NCBI GenBank assembly: GCA_965153455.1
Contig: OZ234493.1
Location: forward strand, 22,310,213-22,374,212
Reading direction: 5' to 3'
Length of the DNA: 64,000 bases
From: Sphagnum compactum
Taxonomy: Eukaryota
Both the position numbers and the translations under genes were made by a program. Position 1 is the first letter of the stretch. Each line of letters begins with the position of its first letter. The notes beneath the pieces are model-generated. The model did no database searches. It was not told the DNA's origin and was given only the letters and a program-made list of their open reading frames with translations. Positions 26,374 to 37,100 of this stretch are shown here, piece by piece.

Positions 26374-27442
26374 CTAGAGTTTTTGAGAAAAAAGACTTAG
26401 ACTGTTTGTGGTTTTGAACTTGAATTGCTGTCTTGAGATCTTGTGAGATGAGCATAGCAGCATTCCATAATGCAACGTACTCCAAGCCTTAAGCCACTGT
26501 GAGATCACAAGACTTCAACAGCACTACCTTTGTTCCCACTACAGCAAGGGGGGACTTGCTGGCGATTTGTTTTGCTAGGGTCTCCACTGCTGCTAGCATC
26601 TCTGCTATGGAGTCATAGACATCTTGTACAAGGCCCAGTGATTTCGCCTCCGATCCCCAGTATTTGCGTCCAGTAAGTGCAAGCTCCAAGGTGTTTCCAT
26701 GGCCTATGAGTCTAGGCAAGCGTTGCAGGGTGCCAAGGTCTGCAGTTATGGCTAGATCAACCTCTTTGACAGAGAAAGATGCATCTTTGGCGCAGTATCA
26801 CAGATCGCAAGCTGTCATCATGTCGATACCTCCTCCTAAGCATGCACCATGGATGGCAGCAATCACAGGTTTGCGACATGCTTCGAACGCCGTGAATGAG
26901 GACTGAAGCTCCTTCACATCCCTTCTAAGCTTCTCTATCTCCCTTCCGACGCATGAGGAGGAGAAGTTGGAGGATGCAGAAGAAGTCTCTTACCCTGGCA
27001 AGCAGATGGAGTATAAAAAACTGTTACGGTTTGTTGCTCAAGAGTTTGTTTTTTTCTGTTGTTCAAAGAGGGCTTGCAAATCGAACAAGGATGAAGACAG
27101 ATCCTGAACCATCAAAGACTCGTGGTGAAAACCCCTACCTTGTTGTGAAGCTTCTTCACTCTCCTTCTTCGTCTGGTTTCTTCTTCCTCCTCCTCAAGTG
27201 ATTTGCGAGAAAGTGGAGAGATCGATCCCCGCGCAGAAATGAGCGCCGGAGCCCGTCAGAGCGATGACGCAAACATCCGGGTTGCCATCCAGCTTTGCAA
27301 TTGCAAGAGGCAGACTGCGGAACAGACCCGCATCCAGTGCGTTGAAACGCGTGGGGCGGCGATGGAGACTGAGCCATGCACGCCGCTGTTGCCATCCGGT
27401 CCTTCCACGCGCAATCCCGCCCATTTCCTCCTGCTCCGCCAT
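26374..27442 (-). pseudogene. DCI1: Delta3,5-delta2,4-dienoyl-CoA isomerase (crotonase family) pseudogene; exons ~27442-27139 and 26994-26374
   Basis: [114 protein letters not shown]. In-frame stops at 27194-27196, 26798-26800, 26489-26491 (and 26990-26992 if that acceptor is used); +1 A in the terminal SKL codons. Confidence 0.9.
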
Positions 27443-27525
27443 GGCCACGACCTTATTGCCTCTTGCAACAAAGCTCTAAAAGGAAAATTTAGGGTTTCAA
27501 CTAGTGCTGTTGCTGTTTAGAGAAA

Positions 27526-29763
27526 ATGGCTGCCAGGTTGGGATTAAGGTTATCTCTGGACCAGCTCATCATTGGCCTGTGGAGACCTTGGGATGATGCT
27601 GTGAAGAGGTCTACATGTTTCCCACCTTGTCAGAAAATTTTGGATCCCCATTGGAGTCCTTTAGCTTCTATGAACCAGCACCCTGAAGCAACCAAGCGCA
27701 ACAATGACTGTCATTTAGAGTCTTCAGATTACGAGATTGCTGACAAGAACCATCTGCACTACTTCCGGCCAGATGTGGATTGTTCCTATCTCTCAAGCTT
27801 TAGGATCAAGATCCAGTATGTGCATCATCCAGATGGCCTGTTGCTAAAGCATGGAGCTTCCACACATTGTCAACTGAAGAAACACAAGAGACAGTTTTTG
27901 AGAATACATGAAGCTGACTTGTCAAAAATCACTTCATTTGGGTCAGGCATTAGCAACCAGCCTTTGAAGATGAATCCTTGTGCTAATCACATTGCACATG
28001 TGACTGACACTTTCTGCTCCATGCCAGGCATCATAGTCTGTCCTTCTTGCAACCTTGTGAGTTACTGCAGTGATGGTTGCAGGATGCAAAACTGGGAGAA
28101 ACATAGAGGTGTCTTTCATGTCAACTGGATGTACCACCACCTTCTCCCTTAAAGGAAACAGAGGAACCTACGACAGATGTTCTGATGAAGGGCTCTGAGT
28201 GTTTATGGGGCAATGTTCCTGATTATGGCTTGTTGGGAAACCATTTGGGGAATCTTCCAGAGCACATCCGGGTTTGTTTTGCTGCAAGTGGAGATCTTCA
28301 GAATACAATTGAAACAGTCTGCCAGTTGCCAGAGCACTTCCAGGGGTCACTCACTGTGTACCTCAATGATAACAACCCCAGGATAGCTTTCAGGAATCTT
28401 TTGATGCTGGAACTTCTGAGATTTTATGGGTTTGAGGCAATTGATACTGTCATTGCCCTGTGGTGCTCAGTCTTACTCACTGCCAACCAACTGTTGGTCT
28501 GTGATAATGCAGCTAGGACCCTGTTAGACAGAACCCTACCTGAGACAGAATTCCCTGAAATGCACTTCCCAAGATCACGAGGTTCCACAATTCATGCACA
28601 GTTTGACAAATCAACTCTGTGGAATCTCATACCTAGGGTGACTGTACGAGAATCTCCAGTGGCTACTACTACCTTTAAATCTTGTATGCGGCCACAATTA
28701 TGCACTGAACTGCAAGCTGGGATGTTTACAACCTGCCCACAAATTTAGATCATGGCCTATTGCTTCCATTCAGTGCAGATAAGAGAGCGCATGACCAGTT
28801 GAATCCTTATCTCCACAATTCTTCAGTGACTGCAACACTGGCAGATGGGTCATCACCATTGGATGGGTGGGATCCCTCCAGCCTTCTTGCAGCAGCCACC
28901 AGGGAAAATCTACCTGCCATGGATCTCTATGGACACGTCTTCTTCCATCTCCTAGAGAGGCTTTCAACCTTCATCCGCAGATTACATTCCTGTCAAGTTC
29001 ATTTCAGGTACTAGTCTGTGCCTGTCTTTGCAGATTTCAGTCAGCAACTTGCTGTAGAGGGAGGCAATTTCTCTGTCAAGTTTCCTCATTTTCTCCTGGA
29101 TTCATTTTACCTATGCTTGGCTTTCTGAGTTCTGGCTTTCATGATGGCAGACTATCCTGTTGTGATGCATCAAGCATAGCCACCAAGCTGCAAAGGTCTG
29201 GTGTGAGGCTGCATCAGGTTGACACATCTAACATAGCTGATGAAACATACCAGGGCATTGCAGGGGTTTTGCAAGATTGGGGACCACTGTTAGAACAGGA
29301 TATATCAGGGGTGATCCTGGTCACCCTTTTAATGAACTGGCCATTGCATTGCCCAGACAGTGCACATCAGATCAGCACATTCAGGTTCACTGAGGATGAC
29401 CTCAGGGAAGCGCTTGTGGGCATAAGTGCACGAACCAGTGATGATCCTGGATTTGCAAAACTTCTAGCCAGAGGACTCCAACATGGGGATCTTTCCTAGG
29501 TGTGCTACTTTCACAATTCCAGCAAAGCTTTCCTCCGGTATCTGGACTCTAGATCTGCAGATAGGATTGGAAAGAGTGTGGATATTCAATGCAGAGAAGC
29601 ACATTTGATTGTCCCTCATCGCCTATTTGTGGGGATGGATGCTTCAATAAATGCAACGCCTGGTGATACTACCAGCTCTGATCTATGTTACTACCACACA
29701 GCTGTCCATAGCTATGCTTTTACTGAGCATTATGTGGAATGGGAGGTTGTTGGGATGCAGTAG
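27526..29763 (+). pseudogene. MYND zinc finger + DUF4470-like protein, disrupted; one clear intron 29008-29150
   Basis: CAN..C..CPSCNLVSYCSDGCRMQNWEKH (MYND-like), then LWGNVP, FAASGDLQN, YLNDNNPRIAFRN, LLPF, SPLDGW, DLYG, VDTSNIAD, TLLMNW, EHYVEW. Frameshifts near 28100 and 28720-28745; in-frame TAG at 29497-29499. Confidence 0.78.
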
Positions 29764-32089
29764 CTTTTGGTTTTGACTGCAACTGACTCAACTAATATGT
29801 CTCTCAAACACAAAGTCCACATAACTGCAATGTGTTACTCTGTGTGCTGCTCATTTATCAAACAGGAACATCAATTTCTACTGGTTCAAAGATGCTAAAG
29901 AACTGACGCTTTGCAGTTCATGCATGCTGCATCATCATCTTTTGAGGAATGCCAATTGTCTGGCCTGCATATCAAGGCGGCAGAGGAAAAGAAAGAGGGA
30001 GCAAGCTGCGTTTGAATTGAATGTGTGCATGCGAATCCCTCAGAAGCTAGTTATGGTGCATTGTTGTCTGTAGATAGCAGCTGCAAGGCAATGTCACTTG
30101 CATGACCTAATCTGATCTTCCTCTAAAATCTGAAAATATGCAGTCAGTAGCAAGTTTCTGATGAATATTGTAGTACAATTCCTCTCTTTCGAGTGTTTGC
30201 TGTGAGTCCCATTACTGCAAAGATGTTGATGATACGAGGTACTATGGCACTTCACAATCATTGAGCTTCCACTTTGTGTTCATGCACACAATCAATTGAA
30301 ATCGGTTTCATGAAGAATACAACTTGTCTCAATTCACATTTGTGAGCAATACTGACAACTCACATAGAAAATTTTGTATAAATTGATTATTGTGTGATTT
30401 TGAACTAGGGTTAATTTCCACATTGAAAAAACATATAATTAATTTTCCCAAGAAGTTAATTGATTTAAATTTTGAGAATATATATATATATATAATGAAG
30501 ATACATCGAAATCTACTATGATATTGTCAATTTGTCATGTGAATAATGAAATTATTCAAATTTTGAATGACATCTGAAATTTAGCATGGATGAATGCAAT
30601 TTAAGAATGGATGATCATGTATGACAATCATGGATGGATTTTATTCATCCACATTTATCCATATCAGTATACATTTGCAATACATACATGGGGAATTATA
30701 CATGATTTGTAAGTACGTTGTTTTTCATTCCTTACAACATTGAATCCTTGCATGGTATTACCTTTGCATGCACTCTAGGAAAAGCACTCTATAAAGACAA
30801 CCCCCTATTTATATAATCCTTAGCATTAGGGAGCATGTCATGTGTACATGAAACCAAACCCAATTTTTGAATAATTTTTTAACCCAACCTAGAGGTTCTT
30901 GAATTTGAAAAATTGTACCAAGACTAGAATCAAATGGTTTAAAATTTGAAAATTTTGGGTTCAAACCCACACTTGAAGAACCTTGAAAGAAAAACTTGGT
31001 GTCAACACTAGGACTAAAGGTTCTCTCTTTAAAAGGAAGAACCTCATAACATTAATCATTTTCAATGTGAAGTTCCATATACCATTTTGCCAGAGTTTCC
31101 CCACTTAATTTTTCACTAGCTTGATCCAATTAGATGCCAATTGAATAGCCCTTCGCAATTCGGGCAACTTGGGAGGTTTAAACATTCCCCTCCTTGTAAG
31201 TTTTTAAATTCTCCTATGGGTTAGTAATATGTTTGTGGATTTCGCAACTTGGGAACACACAATCTAAATTTTTGTATTAACATTAAGAAGAGAGAAAAAG
31301 TTGCCCATATTTGTTGTGCTTTCTTTAAGACTTCAAAACTTTTAATCCCTCAATCCCTTAGAATGTAATTATAGGGAGTCATTCCAAAAGTTCGAACATG
31401 ATTTTTTTAATTTTCATAATAGTATGTTTTGGCAATGTAAGCCTGCTTCCAAAGATACCAAAATCACTCAATTGTTGAAGCCCAACTTCTCCAATGCATC
31501 TATGCAATATTTACATTGAAAGATAAACAAATCAATATTTTTAAGAACTCATGAGCTTCTAAAATGTGAGCAAGTTTGAAGAGTCTAAAATCCAATGAAA
31601 ATCACATAAACACTTTGATGACAACCAAATTTCCATGACTTGTCATGGTTTTCTAGGAATTCTAAAAGAATTTCAAAAATAACACTTCTCTATCATGATA
31701 AGGATAATGAAGGTATTGCTTAAATGTTTTAGCATGGCCATAGAATATGCTAACCCTATTAGATGAGGGTATTGCTCATTTGATTTATAATAAATGTAAT
31801 CCATTTGTGGTGTATGGGGGTATTGTGTGCAACATGGCATAAGATGATCCCAAAATTAAAGGTCAAAATTACAACAAGTGGATGGATTGATATAAAAATG
31901 TTCAAGTAACCACATTACAAAAAGGATGGTGATAAAATATATCATGTTAACTTAATTTATAATGGCTGGATACAAAAATGGTGTGTATGTCCAATAAAGC
32001 TATATCTATAATTATTCCTCTAAGGAGGATGAACTAGAAGGAATGCCCATAATGGTGTGATATTTTGTTGTAGTTTCTATAGCTTTTGT

Positions 32090-34140
32090 TGCATGATGAT
32101 GAATAAATAGTTGACGATGTTCAAGCGCAAGTCGAATTGCATATGCAATAAAAGCCTCCTTTGTTGTGCCTCAAAGCCTAACACAAAAAAAATAAAAATA
32201 AAAATTAGATTCCAATGTTGACTAGGTTGAAAGCTTGGAGGAAGAATTTTGACTGATAGCATATAAATGGTGCCTTAGGAATTGAAATCAAGGAAGGGTC
32301 ATATAAGAAACACAGTCAAGGAATTGGAGGGTGATAAAAGACAGTTAAAAGGTTGAGGAAGTTGTGACATGAGAATACAACAAACATGCTTCTACATATG
32401 GTGTAAAAATCAAGTAAAACAAACATCTACAAATGTTCGAACAAATAATGCCCCCCATTGTGAATTGTGTAACACACCACACATTTGGGTTTATAAAAAA
32501 TAAGGTTGTGGAACATTGTGAAAGCGAGCATTGAAAAGCCCACATTGATCCCTCACATCCATATCACCCATGAGATAAATGATTCAAACAAAACCGGCCA
32601 TGCATGGATGGTATGAAGTTAACAACATCCGAATATGACATGCAAGGTCCCATTTCCTTTCACCAAGTATGCTTGTTACACATGTGAATGGGTGTTGTGT
32701 GGAAACTTGTGCAAACATCAAGTTGCCATTCTTCTTACATGTACCGATTTCATTAAAGAAAATATCATTCAATATTGTGGGACATGATATGGATCTGATC
32801 ATGGAGGTTTTGTCACCATGTTTGTGGACCTTGCCTATTTGCACATTTATGACAATGATTCTAATGATGAAAAGGTTGATGAAAATCACTGTAAAGAACC
32901 ATGGGTTGTTGATATGTGTGGGCTTATGACACTAGATGATACCTCCCTCAATGTGAAAAAAAAGAAGGATCACAACCAATGTCGCAACCCTAGCCTTGGG
33001 CTCGCGACCAAGGCAAGGGCTTGCAAAGGTGCGGGCCAAGAGTGAGCCTGAAAGTCACATTTTATGTTCCCGGGAGTGCAAGAAAATGTGAGGGATTGAA
33101 CTCCCACACTCCTAAGTGAACTCCCACTTTGGGAGTTAGAGTCCCGATGGATTCCTGAATCTTCAAAGAGCAATTGTAGGGGTCAAAAACCATTAAATTG
33201 AAAAGTTCTTTATATCATTGGAAAGCTCTTGGAACATAAATGTCTAAATGGGCTCGCATGATGCATTTGGACACTTAAACATAAGTTATGGCCAAAAAAA
33301 GGGCCAGGAATCAAATTGGCAATTTGACTCCCGACCACTAAAAGTCAGGAATCGCCCCAATTTCCTTGTGTATAGGTGGCGTGCCACATACCGTTGAAAA
33401 GCTCTTGACGAGGGCTACAACTTTGCTTCACACCTCAACTTAATCAGAGGTCTTCACAAAAAGTTATGAGCCTCCAAAGTTGTAGGAATCCCAATTTAGG
33501 GTATTTCGAGACTCCCCATTTGGGTGTTGGCCCTGTGGTCAGGCACAAAGTATACTATAAAGAGGAAGGTGATGGCTTCCCCTAAGTTCGAGCTGTGGTG
33601 AGTCTTGTGAGTCCGTGTTTGCCCGTGGTTCGTCCGTGCACCAAAAGCACTTAAACTATGCATTAATCAACTTGTTGTTTAGTTTGTGCGAGTCTGTGTG
33701 AGTAATTAATGCTTGTCACTCTTCCTAGTCCCCATTTCGGAGCTCCAGCATGCCCCTCTACCCCAAAAGTGCTTCGAGCCTGGGAGTGTGCTCCAACTCT
33801 TTACTCTTTTGTTGTTTTCACCTTAGACTCACATTTGAGTCTATCAAGAAGCTTGGGAGCGCGTCAACCAACCTTCAAGTTCATCCACCCCCACAAAGAA
33901 AACATTTATGCAAATGAATGACATAATGCAAAAAATCATCAACGAAGTCAAAGAAGGTGGGGTTCAACTCATAGACCACACCACATCATTATTGCTTGTT
34001 ATTGCAATAGATGTACAAAATATTTGCCTATGCAAGGTGAATGAAGTCATGCATTTCAACATGGTATTTCATTTGTGTCATTGATGGACTTGGCAATTCA
34101 GTGCATCAAATGAAGGATTGGCATGAAATGATATCAAAAC
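32090..34140 (+). mobile_element. Decayed MULE-type (SWIM zinc finger) transposase relic, interrupted by a solo LTR
   Basis: ACYTCEWVLCGNLCKHQVAIL at ~32671-32733 resembles the SWIM CxC..CKH motif. Frame continues IIQYCGT*YGSDHGG..KDHNQ and, after the LTR, PSSSSTPTKK..IINEVKEGGVQLIDH. Boundaries approximate. Confidence 0.6.
32980..33866. mobile_element. Solo-LTR-like element, 887 bp, related to and opposite in orientation to 19195-20014
   Basis: Termini TGTCGCA...GCGCGTCA; perfect 5-bp TSD ACCAA (32975-32979 and 33867-33871). Core TTGGCAATTTGACTCCCGACCACTAAAAGT closely matches the reverse complement of ~19741-19770. Confidence 0.85.
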
Positions 34141-37100
34141 ATGGAAATATCCGTAAGAAAAGGGTTCATGAATAAACAAAACAACACAAAATTGTTTGTA
34201 CTTATCCCCCATTTTGATTTTCCATTACTAACATGTGTATGATATTACAATCGTGTCAAAAAATAAATTATTTATGTGTTAATGCATTGATTTTGTATCA
34301 GTGAACATATAGGGTTTGAAAGTTAAAGTTACATTACTAAGGCTATATAGCACATGTATTCTAAAACTCCCAAACAAGAATATCTCACTCAAATGTCATA
34401 TAAAGGTGGGTATTGCATACTTGCATCATGTACAACTTAATTACCACCCTATATAATGTGGGTATAGTAGGTCAATTGTTCACTGATCTTTAAGTCAATA
34501 TGCAAATAATTTTTACCCATCTTGTTTCTTGTGGCATTAAATTGGTCTTACATGCAAGTATTGCAAGGTTTAGGTTATATCATAGTTAAAGGTTGACGGG
34601 CACTAATACAAGTATTGCATATAATTTCATATCTTTTGTGAGTATTAATTATATATGAGTACGTTAGATGAAGGTATTACAAATTCCCTACTCCGTCCAA
34701 TGGGGGATTTGACCATTTAATGCGGGTATTGTCTTACCTTTTTTCATCAAAATGATGATATGCTTTTTTTATAAATATCGAATATCAAATATCAAATGTT
34801 TGGATTTTTTTTATTACATTCAGTCCATTAGATGTAAGTATTGCATTTGGTGGACAAGATCCCCCTTAGATGATGAAGGATTAAGTTTTTGCAATACCTG
34901 CATTATAAATATATATTAACTAAAAAGGGGCTTTTGGTGAAAGTACACAATATAGATTTATGTAAGTATTGTGATAAGCTTATTTTGGTAGACTAGTAGT
35001 TTTACAATACAGTAGTAAAAGCAAAATTACTTTAATGATCACTTTAACACTGCTTTCAAATGATGTAGGTATTGCAAATTAGGGTTTGAAAAAATTGGGA
35101 CATGCCCACAGTCAATGCTAATGTCCATGCAAACATTTGGGGTCCAACTTTCGTTAGTTGTGATTTTACTTCAGATCACCATGCATGATTGCCTTTCAAG
35201 GTGCGAATTATGGCACCATGCCATTTACATACAACTGGGCAATCAACCCATCTGGGTTTTATGGCAAGTTTATGATGGCATGGCCAAGCAATATGAACAT
35301 GGATGACACCAACATAAGTAAAGACCATAATCTCATTCTCTTTTCCATTCACACATGAAATAGGTATTTAATTTTGTTGCCTTTTAACATCAGTAGCACC
35401 AACAAGACCTATGTGGTTCTTGAGAATGCATATATCATGTCATATAATGTGGTCAAGAAAATGACATAATCTGCCATCCCGGACGTTACTGGATCACTTG
35501 TGTGTGATCATGGATTTGGGTTTTTCTTAAAATAAATAAATAAATGAATAACTAATAAATTTACTTACCCTAGTAGCCATTCCAGCAGTAATTAAATTAT
35601 TTTCAGTAAATGTCGATTCTTTTTCAAAATTAGCTACTCGCAATGCCAAAATTTGTAGAAATTTGTTTGGCACTACTATTGATGCCTGGTTGGTCAATAG
35701 TAATGTGGTGGTGTGGTGTGCCTAAGTAGGTAGTGCAAAATTACTTGACATATATATATATATAAGTTTTTTTTTAAATTTTAATTGTTTTCTAAGGTGT
35801 TAGAATATCATTTCATGTTGTGAAGTAGGGGTAGCAAATAATATAGAGGGATGCTTTTTTTTTAATCTTTTTTTTTGGTAGCTATATTTGCTTTAATTGT
35901 CCATGAGCCACTTCAGCTACATTACAAAATTGGTGGGGAAAAAAAAATTGAAGAAAAAAAAAATCTTAGGTAGGGCCTTCCTCTATACTAAAATCATACA
36001 CAAGTAGTTTGCACAACAAGTTGGTTGTGTGTGTCCTTTGAATTCTTTGCTTGTACCCTTTGCTTTGTTTTACATTGGTGTCCTTGCTTCCTATTTTTAC
36101 TTTGAAATGTTGCATGGGTTTGTTTGTCTTCTACTTCCCTTGTGAACTTTTTTGCTTTTCCCCATTTTTTTAAAGTCCTTTTATCACATGTACTCATCTC
36201 CAAAATCCCCAATTCCAACCTTTTGAAGCTCTTGAACATGCTTTGTTCCTTTGGCCCTTTAGTGACCCACTTTAGGGTTTTGCTCTTCTGGCTTGTACTT
36301 GGGTCCTCTCTCTTTGTTCCTTCTTTTCCCCTTTTGCTGGTTGCCCATTTTTTATCAAGCAAGGCAAGGATATAGTGTTTAGATTCATTATAGAGAATAA
36401 TAGCTTAAGGGATTTTGGCCCCTAGGTAATAATAGGTCTATTTTTATATGTAGAATTATTATTATTTTTCCCCTTTTGGGGAAGGGTGGGGGGCTGTTGG
36501 ATTTTTTTTGTTCCCAATGTGTTTTCATCAAATTCCCTATGGGTTCCCAAAATTTATTAATTGGCCAATTTTGTGAAAAAAAATTTGAACCCACGTCTAT
36601 TGGGCTAATCACCCAACATGCACCATGGTCTAGGCACATTGGGATTATTGTATATACTTGTTATAATTTTGTGTCTCTTGTTAATAATATATTGTCTATG
36701 GTCGAAGCTTTCAGAAATTCAGAAATCCAATGTTATAAATTCTAAATATTGTAGTACCATAATACTGTACCTTGATGGTTTCAGCAAAAATTATATACTT
36801 TTAGAAATGATGAATTTTTTTTTGACAATTTTATTTTTCTCAAAAAAAAATTTGTGTGTGAAATTTTTTTTTCCAAATCTTTTGGAAATTTTAAGAATTA
36901 GGACCATAATTTTCATGTGGCCAATGAGAAGGCTCAGCATGCACTTAGGATGGCCCAATTTAACTACTATTTTCTTTTTCTTTTGTGAAAGAACATCCAA
37001 TTCGGGTTCAAGGATTTTTCAAAAAATTGTTAGAAATTTGTTAAATTTGTAACATGTTCAACGTTTGAGCAATGAATGACGGGGATGTCAATTAGCCCCC

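Noticed and set aside
26489..29499. Premature stops rescued by U-to-C RNA editing or readthrough
   Set aside because: Such editing is known from plant organelles, not spliced nuclear genes. Frameshifts and parallel G>A missense changes are also present, which fits mutational decay.
35190..35330. Short open exon-like stretch (AFQGANYGTMPFTYNWAINPSGFYGKFMMAWP)
   Set aside because: No partner exons or recognisable homology; cannot be supported without a search.
35994..36362. 122-aa Lys-rich minus-strand ORF
   Set aside because: Explained by T-rich low-complexity composition; no ATG start and no domain.
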